A DNA stretch of 64,000 nt from Phaeosaccion multiseriatum. Its lineage: Eukaryota > Protista > Ochrophyta, other classes. The stretch is from contig OZ218952.1 in the NCBI GenBank assembly GCA_965112735.1, positions 1,116,001 to 1,180,000 of the forward strand, written 5' to 3'. The position numbers were made by a program, and so were the translations under genes. Shown one piece after another: positions 47,509 through 58,600 of the stretch. The notes under the pieces were generated by a model. It saw only the letters and a program-made list of their open reading frames with translations. It was not told where the DNA came from and did not search any database. Position 1 is the first letter of the stretch; the number at the start of each line of letters is the position of its first letter.

Positions 47509-49552
47509 GTCCCCTTTCTCTCTCCCGTCTGGTCTGTACGTCGGTCGCACCTTCGACCCGTCCGGTGAGAAGCACACAGCCCGCACGTATGGGTCGTGGT
47601 CAGCGTCCCTCTGGTCTGCGGCCTTGTTGCAAACGTATATCTGCTTGTTGGTTTTCACCTCGAACACCTTGACGCAGCTGTGCGTGCCTGCCGCGAAGCG
47701 CGTGCCGTCGGGACTGAAGCGCACGCAGCACACCACACTCTGCAAGTCGTGGTATCTGTCCAACCCGACAAGACCGTAGAAATAGACAAAGCAAAGCAAA
47801 GCAAGCAGAGCAGAGCGAAGAAGGAAAGCATGAGGTAGGGGAGAGGGGGGGGCGGGGCAGACCAAAGGGGGAACGAGCAGAGCGAAGCACAGCACAGCAC
47901 AGCGCGCAAACACACACACACATACGTGCACCCACCCACCCACCCACCCACCCACCCAAACACATACACACATGCACACACACACACACACCTGTCGAGC
48001 TCTACAGCAGGGGCCGCTTCTGAAGCCCCCTCTTCCCGCACTAGTTTCCAGTTCAAAGTTGCGGGCACGGGCTCCTTTGCGGTCCCTCCTCCTCCTCTTC
48101 CTCCTCCTCCTCCTCCTCCTCCTTCTTCTTCTTCTGCTCCTCCTGCTCCGCTGTTACTATTTCCCTTCTTTCTCTTGCTTGCACCTCCCGTCGAAGCGTT
48201 GTCAGACGTATCTTCTGCAGCGTCCGCCTCTGTTCTCGCTGCGGTCTTTCCCCCTTCCCGAAGCCCGCTGCCCTCCCACTCCCCCCCTCTTCCACCACCG
48301 CCGCCGCCCTCTTCACCCTTTCCCTCCCCTCCTCCTGCCCCACTGGGTCCTCCTTGACCGTCCCCCCCGTCCCCCTTTCTCCTGTCTGGAGAAGACCTTG
48401 GGCGTTTCACACCGGGCAGGCTGACGCTCGTGCCACCACTGCCACTGCTGCTGTTGGCACCGCCAGCACTCGCGCTCCAAGCACCGCTTCTCCCCGCGGA
48501 AGAGGGCGGAGACCCACCGCCTCTCTTGCCCCCCCCGGCCCCGCTGGCACCGCCACCGACCCCCGTAGCAGCTCCACCAGACCTGGGCCTTTCCTCACCC
48601 TCGTCCATTGTCTGCACCCCGCCGCCGCCCCTCCCTCCTGCTGAGGTCTCTCGCGCCCCCCCAGCCCCTGGAAAGCCGCCGCCTCGTCCCCTCCCCCCTC
48701 CTCCTCCTTCCGCCCCCTGCTGATGGTGTCCATGCCCGGCCCCTCCCCCCCCTTCCCCCCACCCCGGCGTGCCCCTCCCACCATTCCCTGCGTAGCCACG
48801 TGGAGGCCCACCCCTCTGGGGAGCCCCCCCCGTGGATGAGGATGGGTGACCATTCTTGGCGTCTATCGGTGGACCGGGCCCGTGGTTCCCTCCCCCTCCC
48901 CCTTCGGCAGCAGCCCAACTGGAGTGCTGCTGCGGGTGAAAGTGATGCTGCTGGTGTTGCTGCTGATGATACGGATGATGATGAGAGGTGCCGCTGCTGC
49001 CCAGCTTGTGTCGAAGCTGATCGACTTCCCTCTTGTAGTGCGACTCCATTTGCACGTGATTCTCTTGCAATGTCATGAGCGTGGTCTGTATGTGCTCCAT
49101 CTCGGCGAGCTGGTTTCGGAATTTGGCCTCGTACTCGTCTCGATGCGTCTCCTGCGACCTGTGTGGATTAGGGGTGGATGTAGGACGGACACGGGAACGA
49201 GAGCAGGAACGAGAGGGGCGGGTGGTGATCGAACGTCCCAACTGGCTAAAAACCATCCAAAACTCGCAACCTTCTCCCTCTGCTTTTCCTCTAGGCCGCG
49301 CTGCTTGCTTCTAGGGCCCTGCCTCGCAACCTCCCCCGTTCGGTCTTTTGTTGTTACTCGTCTCTGCTCTTCTTCCGCAAACGGTGATTCTCCTGCTGTT
49401 CCTTCATAACACACTCACCCAACTTCGTCCCCCAGATGCTCCACCTCGGATCGCAGCTGCTCAGATAGCTCTCTAGTCTGCATAGACAGATCCAAGATGA
49501 TCCCAGCGGTGCGGCGCACGGAGGTGAGAGGTCGCAGCCCATGAGGTGCCAT
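44200..49552 (-). CDS. TUP1: Tup1-like transcriptional corepressor (Tup_N coiled coil + WD40 propeller); start uncertain, may extend to ~49700
   Basis: N-terminal 'RDEYEAKFRNQLAEMEHIQTTLMTLQENHVQMESHYKREVDQLRHKL'; WD40 'SVVCCVRFSPDG', 'YVRAVCFSPDG', 'GHLSEVYSLDW', 'GHSDFVLS...SGSKDR', 'NSVI...FATGSGD'. Confidence 0.88.
46435..47263. repeat. Intronic octamer satellite (GGAGGGTA/GGAGGACA)n with higher-order blocks
   Basis: Direct reading; 'gcagagacgtcagaaaggg' recurs at ~46430, 46632, 46834 and 47101. Confidence 0.92.
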
Positions 49553-49589
49553 CACGTGTTGAGGTGGCTCCCTCAGCTGCTCCCTCTGC

Positions 49590-49627
<38 letters not shown>

Positions 49628-50150
49628 CGCATCTAGACCACCATGCCCGGGGGGAGGATGCGGTGGTTGCGGTGGCGGCGGCGGCTGCTGCTGGCGGGGG
49701 TGGCAAGAGCAAACGATTTCGGGGGGACGGTGAATGAGGAAGAGGTGCTCCACAAGTCTTTATTGCTTTATTTGCCCCCAGCACAGAATACCTGAGAGTT
49801 TGGCATAGTCCTGTACAAGGCGCAGCTTTAATCACGCTGAAGGTATATTTCTTTTTGCACTGGATGGGGCTCTCCACACCAGGTGGTCTTGGTGGAGCTG
49901 GTGGCCGGCGGCTCGGAAAAAGATTGTGGTTTGGGTTTCAGGTGGTGGGTTGTTGATGCGGAGAAATAGAAAAACATGGAGCCCCCTGAGTTTATTCGAG
50001 AGGAGGGGGGGGGGCGGGCCCGAGAGGTTCCAAAGTGCAAAGAGAAGGGGTCAGGGAAAGGAAAGTCGGGAGAGAACGGAGTCTGGCATATCGTAGTGTG
50101 CTCTTTGGAAGAAGGGGAGAAACGAAGAAGGGAGAGAGAGTCCGGGGGGT

Positions 50151-50437
50151 TCGGCCCTGGAAGAGGTTATCAGATTACTGATTACGGCCGGCGCAGCCGG
50201 CCTGATTACTGATTACTGCCGGCGCCAGCCGGCCTGATTACTGATTATGGCGCCAGCCGGGCCTGATTACTGATTATGGCTGGCGCCAGCCGGGTCTGAT
50301 TACTGATTATGACCGGCGCCAGCCGGCCTGATTATTGATTATGACGGGCGCTAGCCGGCCTGATTACTGATTATTGGCGCCAGCCGGCCTGATTACTGAT
50401 TATGACCGGCGCACACTGTAACCTCTTCCAGGGCCGA
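50151..50437 (+). mobile_element. MITE-like element, family B copy 3 (287 bp)
   Basis: Same TIR; flanking duplication GGGGGGT (50144-50150, 50438-50444); only a few substitutions versus copy 2. Confidence 0.92.
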
Positions 50438-51193
50438 GGGGGGTGGGTATATAACAGTATGTAAAGGGAAAAAAGGAAAAGGAAGGAACACATTGTAGTC
50501 GCGAGCTGAATTTTTTTTAATTTTTTTTGTAGTACTCCCCTGCGCCAAGCTGCGCAGGCCTGCCATAATAAAAAATCAGGCCAGGCTGGTGCAAAAAAAA
50601 AGAAGAAAGGTTGGGGGGGGGGGGGAAATCAATAATCTGGCCGGCTGGCGCGCAGACCAAAATAAAAAATCAATGGTCAATATTGTTTAAATTGCTCGGT
50701 TGCTGCAAAGCGCAGAGGAGCAGAGGTGTATCTGTCTGTGAGTGTGTGAGAGAGCTTGGTCGAGAGGAGTGGCAGGCGAAACACGTCCCTCGCCCCCCCT
50801 CCCCTGCGTTGCCGCGCCCCTCCCACCCCACCGACACATCGGTGAAGGTAGTCTAGGAGAGACGAACAGGCAAAGGGTGGGTGGGTGCAGTGGGGTAAGT
50901 GCGTTCTCATCGCCGTTATCCATCCTCCGTCATTCAGCTCTGCACACCGTCCATCTCTCGTCAACACCTCTTTACCTCTGTGTGCTTACCACCGCCGCGG
51001 ATCCGGTCCCCCACCCCCTCGCGCAACAAAGTCGGAGGGCTCGAAAACGGCAACGGCTCTCCATCCCCGGTCCTATGACAAAACGGGGCGGGGCGGAGCA
51101 GGGACCCCGTCGCTACGCTACCCATTGCAATCCAATGTACACCAAGCCCAACCCTTAGCAAGCCCGAGGAGTGTGAGTGCCTACGGGCTCGTC

Positions 51194-53036
51194 TTAGTCA
51201 CGTACGATGCCCTTCAGAGCCAACGCCCGCTCGATTTCAATTCCGTTCGGGAACCTTCCCAGCTCCAGCTTGGATACGGCAAGCTCGCCGTCGATGTAAA
51301 TCTCAAACGCGCCCTGTTTGTTGGACAGAGAGGAGTAGGAGGGGGAAGAGGAGGAGGAGGAGGAGGAGGAGGAGGAGGGGGGAGAGGAGGGGGAGAGGGA
51401 GGAAGAGGAGGAGGAGGAGGAGGAGGAGGAGGAGGAGGAGGAGGAGGAGGAGGGGGAGGAGGAGGGGGAGGACGAGGAGGGGGACAGGAGGAGGACAGGA
51501 GGAGGAGGAGGAGCAGCAGCAGCAGCAAAAGAAAGAAGGGAGAGATGAATGAGCTAACGCCCATACGCCCACACGTATGCACGCACACGCCTCCGCCCAC
51601 GCACTGCCGTACCGTGGCGAGTTGGCTCTGCGCTACCGTGTTGAGGACGAAGGTCACTGCGATGGTGGGCATCTTCTGGGCCTGCATCTTGGCCACAAAG
51701 GGAGGAGGCTCGGCCATGCCCAGAGTGCGGAAGATGAAACCGCCGCCGAAGAGGATAGCCATCGTGCCCATCTGGGAAGGAAGGAAGGAAGGAAGGAAGG
51801 AAGGAAGGAAAGAAGGTAGGGAGAGAGGGAGGGAGGAAGGAGGGTCGGGAGGAAGGGAGGGGGGACGGAAGGAGGAAGGGAGGGGGGGGCAGGGGGGAGA
51901 ACAGAGGAGAGTGGGGGGGGGGGGCAAGGGGGGAAGCATGAACAAATCAGGACTTGTGCTGCAGAAGCTCAGCTTGAGCCGAGCCCTCATTCCATACTTC
52001 ACTTCACTACACTCCTACCCGAGCAACGGCTTACTAAACATAGCCAACTGTACCATCACTGTACCACCAATGCACGTACGTACATACCCACGTACCTGTA
52101 CGACCTGGGTGCCCTGCGCGAGCATTCGGACCCAAGAGGGAGCAGGGTGGACCCCGCCGTGGATGTTGCCCACGAGCTCGGGGTGCTGTTGTTCCAAGAA
52201 CTTTCTCATCTCGTGAAAGTTCTTGGACATGCCTCAGCTGCGAAGGGTCGAGGCGGATGGTAGTGGATGGGAGGGGAGGGAGGGGAGGAAAGGGCAAGCG
52301 AGGGAAAGGGGGGGGGGGAGGGTTGCCCATTAGGATGAAAAAAGTAATGCAGAGAGAGGAGAGGTAGGAGGAGAAGGAGGATGCCGCCGCCGCTGGCTCA
52401 GGTTGACGAAGCAGAGCATTATGCCCCCAGCTCCCAACCTCCCTCCATCATCGTAGTGCACGGTACCTTATACAGTAGAGGACGTCCACTCTGTGCTCCG
52501 ACCCGCCAAGCATCCCCGCCTCGCCGGCACCGGCTCCTCCGCGCTGCTGCAAGACTGGTGCTGCCTCTGCTGCGGGCTCGGTTAAGAAGCCAAACTCGTC
52601 CTCTTCGTCAACTTCTGCTCTCTTGAGACTGCTTTCCGCGGAAATTTTTTGCTGCATCGGCGTGGACGGTGCGGCGGTGGCTGCTGCTGGTGACGATGAT
52701 GGCACGGGGGAAGAAAGGCGGTGGATTAGCCCCGAGTTTCTAACGGCAAACATGCTCAGTTTTCGTTTTCTCCCAGCTCCACATCAAGTCAGGAGACAGA
52801 GATGCCGTACCTGGGTGGAAATCCTTGCTTATCTCCGCTCTCGCTTGCTTTGATGGGTGCCCTGCTGCTCCCGACGAGCCGTCCCTCACATAAAGGGTTA
52901 ACAGATATGCCATGACCAAACACAAGAAGGCGCGCGTGATGGGCCCAACAGAGGTCTCGCTGTCCTTCTCATCCGAACGCCCAGGCTGCTGCTCAGCAGG
53001 CTGCTGCTCAGCAGTAGCAGCTGAGTCGTCAGCCAT
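51194..53036 (-). CDS. SELENOT: Selenoprotein T; exons 53036-52811, 52686-52467, 52237-52096, 51771-51613, 51313-51194; Sec UGA at 52236-52234
   Basis: Spliced 'VDVLYCIS-UGA-GMSKNFHEMRKFLEQQHPEL' (CxxU), hydrophobic middle and C-terminal 'QLATGAFEIYIDGELAVSKLELGRFP'. Confidence 0.92.
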
Positions 53037-53165
53037 AGAGAAAAAAAGACAGAAAGACAGAAAGAAGGAAAGGGGGGCGAAGATGAGGGTGAATTTCAAT
53101 TTCAGCTCCCCCCCACCCGCGCCCCGCAATCCACTGCCCCACACTCCGATCCAAGAGAAAATAAA
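53037..53165. promoter_or_regulatory. Probable bidirectional promoter between SelT and FKBP
   Basis: Divergent ATGs separated by only 129 bp. Confidence 0.5.
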
Positions 53166-55167
53166 ATGAGGCAAAGCGCATTCATCGTAGCCATGGTGGC
53201 GTTCTTGTCCGCTCGGGATGCTCTGGTGTCTGCGTTCGTCGTGGGTGGCGTCGTGGCGAGGAGCAGCGGCATGGGAGGGGGCAGCAACGGCAAGGTGGGC
53301 GAGATCAACAACATCAATGGGAGGGGTGCGAGACATGTTGCAATAGAGAGAGGAGATCCCCCCTTTCCTTTACCGGTCAAGCTATACGGATGGGGCTCTC
53401 CGCAGACTCTAGTAGCCTCCTGTGAAGTATGCCCCCGCCCCTCACTACTCCGCTCTCCGCCCTCCTGATCCTCCTACCCCGGCCTCTCTGCCCTCTCTCC
53501 CTTTCAGACATGCAGTGGAGGCAGCAGCAGCAGCAGCAGCAGCACTTGCAGCAGCAGGAAGGTGATGCAGCTGGGCCAAGGGGGCGGAGCCGACAACTAC
53601 ACCGACGACGACAGGATCATGTATTCCTTGGGTGTGGCTTTAGCACAGCAAACGTCTCAGTTCCGAGCCTTACTCTCGCCAGAGGAGGCAGAGATCGCCA
53701 TGGAAGGCTACAAGGATGCCTTCATGAGCGGTGGCTCCAAGCTCGCTGTGGACGCGGGCAAGTACGTGGACCGAGTCAACGGCCTCCTTGAGGAGAGGAT
53801 GAAGAAGGAGACAGACAAAATGGCGGGGGTGAGTCATACATACACATAGGCGTGGGGGTGGGTGGTATCGCACTGCCGGGCTAGTAGTAGCCTCCACAAA
53901 AAGTGCACAGTATGCGATGTGCTCGTGGTCCGTCCATCCTCCCCCTCCCCCCGCGTCTCTTCCCAGCTGCGCACACAGTGCGCACACAGTCACAATTTTC
54001 CTCTCACGATTATGTATTGTTGTTGTTTTTATTGTTGTGGTTGTTGTCCGTTGTCGTCGTCGTCGTCGTCGTTGTTGTTGTTTCTCTCTCTGTCTGTCTG
54101 ACTGTTTGTCTGTCTGTCTTTCCTTCTGACCCCCCCCCCCACCCCCCCGTGCTTCTCCGCTCCTCCTTCGCTCTTGGTCCTCGCAGAAGGGAGAGGCGTT
54201 CCTTGCTGAGGCAGCCAAGGAGGAAGGCGCACTCAAGACCTCCTCAGGGCTGGTCATTAAGACCCTCAAGGAGGGAACTGGAGCCGCACCGACCGCCACC
54301 GATAAGGTCAAAGTGCACTACCACGTGAGTACATGAGGAGAGGAGGGAGAGGGGGGGGGAGGGGAAGAGTGGAGAGGCGAGGCGAGGGAAATGGAGGGCG
54401 GGGGAGGGGAGGAGAGGAGAAGGAGGGAAGGATGGGAGAGGAGAGGGAGAAGGAGGGGTGGGGAGGAGAAGCGAGGCGAGAGGAGAGGATAGGGGAGGAG
54501 AAGGGAAGTAGCGTTGGAGGGATAGGGGAGGAGAAGGGAAGTACGGTTGGAGAGGAGCGCCTCGTGGAGAGGGGAGGGGTGGAGCGGTGAGGAGAGGCGA
54601 GGCGAGGAGAAAAGAGAGGTACGGCAGTTCCGCCACTCCTCTCCTCGCCACTTAACACTCCGTAAATAGTGGCTGGGTCTGGATCTGGGGTGCCGCCAGG
54701 GGAAGTCTTTCCATCCGCCTTTCACGCCCCTCAGTCAACATCAGAGACCGGTGGCCGGCCGGAAGTGCCTCTCTTGTCTTCTCTATACCCCCACAGACAT
54801 TTGATCGTGACCCTACTTTTTCCGCTCAACATACTACACATGGCGTCGCTCCTCTCCTCACCCCCTCGCCTCTCGTCCTCGTCCTCGTTGTCGTCGTCAT
54901 CTGTGAACTAAACTGAACTGACTGAACAAACAGGGCACTCTTGTGGACGGCAAGGTGTTCGACAGCTCCGTGGACAGGGGCGAGCCCATCAGCTTCCCCA
55001 TGAACGGAGTAATCAAGGGCTGGACCGAGGGGCTGCAGTTCATGAAGGTGGGGGGCAAGGCCAAGCTCACCATTCCGCCTGCGCTGGCCTATGGCGACCA
55101 GGGCACCGGACCCATTCCTCCTCAGGCCACGCTTGTGTTTGAAGTGGAGCTGCTTGGCATTGAGTAA
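53166..55167 (+). CDS. FKBP-type peptidyl-prolyl isomerase of FkpA/Mip type (FKBP_N + FKBP_C), probably plastid-targeted, 4 exons
   Basis: 'MYSLGVAL', 'KGEAFLAE', 'TSSGL', '[18 protein letters not shown]', '[10 protein letters not shown]', 'IPPALAYG', 'TLVFEVELL'; N-terminal signal peptide ending 'LVSAF'. Confidence 0.93.
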
Positions 55168-55669
55168 GTAGAGTGCCATCGAGTGAAGAGGGGGGTCGGT
55201 GGAAGGGTAGATAGGCAGGCAGTAGACAGGCTGACGGACGGACGGACTGACTGACTGACAGGGGAAGATACGAGAGACAAACAGACAGGACGGATGGACG
55301 GACGGCTAACTCGAGACAGATAACTATACAGACAGGCCGGCAGACAGACAGAGGTCACAGACAGGCCGTACTCGATTGAGAAGCTCGGCCCGCTGAGCCT
55401 GACCGGTGGAGTGAGGCAGCCGCTCTCGGCATTGCGCACCTTCGCTTCTGCGCGATTGGAGTGCCGTACAAGTAGGCACCTTTAATTTTTGTATGTACTC
55501 ATCACATTGAAAACGAAACGCCTTGGTTGGTCACGTCCCTTACTCTCTTTCTCTCTCTCTCTCTGCCTCTCTTTCTCCCACACACAGTCTCTCTCCTTGT
55601 CACACACACACATACACACACTCTCTCTTTAACCCACTCACTCTCGCAAGCACCGACTCATTGACACAC

Positions 55670-58600
55670 TCAATCCTCGCGAGTGAGTTCCGTACACATT
55701 TGCCTCCACCGCTGCCCCCACTTAATCTCCTCCGCCATGACGGCTCCATACTTGGCCCTGAGGGACTGCACCGCCCCTGCAAAGTACACCGCGTACTGCG
55801 CCATGGCCTCATCCCTTGCCGCCATTGCGATTCGATGGGCCGTTGTCACAAAGCTTGGGATCGTGCTCGCCTCTTCCAGGCCACTCGCCCATCGTTCCAC
55901 CTCTTCTCGGGCCTCTCGAGACTGTTGTGTCGTTGTCGTTTGGGTGTTGGTGTTGTCGCCCTCCCCCCCGGTGGGAGGGGTTGGCGAAGGCGAAGAATCA
56001 ACATGTCCACCACCTTCCTCCTTCTCCTCCTGTTCAACATCCTTGCTGGCCTCTACAAGCGCCGCCACAAGCCCATCAGCGTGGACTCCTCCCCACACAC
56101 GCGAGGACCAATGTCTTCCCGGCCCTCGCTCGACAGTGGGGTCAGCTGACGCATCCCCTCCCTCCCACCTCCTCTGGGCTTTCCTCAGTCTCTTCAGGCT
56201 CTTGCGTCGCTTGACAGTGCCCGAGTCGCCGGGCAGGTCCCAAGCAAGGTCGTCGAGTGTAACCGTCGTGTCAAGCAGCTGGACAAGACCCTTCGCGGCT
56301 TGGGACACACACTCGGCATGCTTCCGAGCTGCCGTGGCTTCCAACTGCATGAGGTGTCCCTGAAATTGCACAATGGCCGCCTGCTCCTCCTCACTCCTCG
56401 ACTCCTCCAGCCTCAGCAACTGCTCGAGCTGCTCGGCTTTGTCTGGTGTACCCAGCCTCGGCCTAAGCTGCTGCTGATGCTTGGCCCTCGCAGCTGTCCA
56501 CACCGCCAGCTTGCGCTGGAAGCGACCCTCCAGTGCCATCCGCTGCTTGACGGCTCTGCTCTGTACTCGGCTGCTCACGTCGTGCAAAGCCGCGTTGATG
56601 GCTGTGTCCGGTCTGTCGAAGCTTGGTTGGATCACATGGCCCTCCTCCTCCTGCCCCGCCCCTGATGCTCTATCACCAACTGCTGCCATTGCTACCGCTG
56701 AATCACCAACTGTTGCTCTTCCCGACTTGCCGACCAGCTGCTCATACCGTGCCACCTGCGCTCTTAACTGCCTCGCCGCCCGCTCTCGGAAACCCCCTTC
56801 TTCCAACGCCCGGCTCCGACTCTCCGCCAACCACTGCTGCAGGCTTTCGGGCACACCTCCCTCCCCCGCCAACATGTCTGCCATGCCCTCGGCCTCGTAG
56901 AGAGAGCGCGTCTCGACTCGGCAACGCTCCTCCATGTCGTCTAACGCCGCTCGGAAGGTGCGGGAGGACAGAGCCAGGTCCAGCTCACTCTCCTCTTCAG
57001 CAGTTGGTGATACACCACCAGCACCAGCACTACCGGCTGTTGTACCAGGAGGGGCAGCCGTTGGTGATGCAGCAGCCGTGAAGCCAGCTGCGGCGACCTC
57101 TTCCTCCTTCTCGGGGTCTGCAGTAATGGCCGAGTCCCACTGGATGGTGGCAGGCACGGGAATAAAGTCCAGGTACACGCCTCGCTTGTAAAGGGCCTTA
57201 CGCAGCGACATGAGGCACTCACGAATGCGCGTAGACACACGAGCGGAGTAAGGCTGCTCCTCCAGCCCATCAGAGGAAGAAGAAGGAGAAGAAGGCAAGG
57301 ATGACACTCTCTCCGCACTCTCGCGCTCGAGTAACGCCCTCATCCCTTGGCGGCCGTGCCTCGCCTCGGCCACCAGTGCCGCAAGGGTATCGAGTAGCCC
57401 ATCCACCATGCCCGCTGCGCGTTCCCCCTGCGTCATCTCGGTTCGGAGCCGCTCTTGTGCGGTGCGGCGGGGCGCTCCGTAACGCTTCCCGAGGCCCTCT
57501 CGGAGCGAAAGGTCGTGCAGACAGACTTGATGCTTCTCGCGGAAGGCCTCCATACCCGCAAGGGCTTGTTGTTCTTGCTCCTGCACGGCCTCAATGCTTC
57601 TTCTTCTCTCCATCCGCGCCTCTTCGACCTCCTGCATGGGCTCCTCCAGACTCACCTGGCAGGCGGGGGAGGAGGGAGGGAGGGAGGGAGGGAGGGAGGG
57701 AGGGAGGGAGGGAGGGAGGGAGGGAGGGAGGGAGGGAGGGAGGGAGGGAGGGAGGGAGGGAGGGAGGGAGGGAGGCAGGCAGGGAGGGAGGGAGGGAGGG
57801 AGGCAGGCAGGCAGGGAGGAAGTGGGTGAGTGAGTGAGTGGGTGGGTAAGTGAGTGAGTGGGTAAGTGAGTGAGTGAGCGAGTGAGCGAGTGAGCGAGTG
57901 AGTGAGCGAGTGAGTGAGCGAGTGAGTGAGTGGGCGAGTGAGTGAGTGGGTGAGTGGGTGAGTGGGTGAGTGGGTGAGTGAATGAGTGAGTGAGTGAGTG
58001 AGAGAGTGAGTGAGTGAGTGAGTGATTGATTGATTGATGAATTGAGTGATTGAGTGAGTGATTGATTGATTGATTGATTGAGTGAGTGAGTGAGTGAGTG
58101 AGTGAGTGGTTGATTGATTGAGTGAGTGAGTGAGTGAGTGAGGGGAGTGAATGAGTGAGTGAGCGAGGGGAGTGAGTGAGTTATTGAGTGAGTGAGTGAG
58201 TGAGGGGAATGAGTGAGTGAGTGAGTGATTGAGTGAGTGAGTGATTGAGTGAGGGGAGTGAGTGAGTGATTGAGTGAGTGAGTGAGTGAGTGAGCGAGTG
58301 AGCTAGTGAGTGAGTGAATGAATGAGTAAGTGAGCGGATATCTCTCGTTCGTCCGCTCGCTCGTCCATTCCTCCCTTCCTTGCTCCCTTCCTTCCTTCGA
58401 CCTCATGCAAGACATGGGCCCCAGTCCCCTCCCCTGTGGACGTACCTCCAAATCTCGAATCTCCTGCTCGTCGTAATTACCCCCCGCCGCGAAGGTCCGA
58501 CAACCCCTCAGCAACTCACTGCACATCCCCCCGAGCTTGGCCGGCTCCTCCCCCGTGTAACGGTCCAATTGAGGCCGCAGGAGATTGGCGGACGCCTCAA

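Noticed and set aside
50880-50935. Canonical SECIS at minus-strand 'ATGAcggaggatggatAAc'
   Set aside because: Spacing fits, but there is no complementary 3' arm to form helix II, and it lies inside the predicted UTR intron
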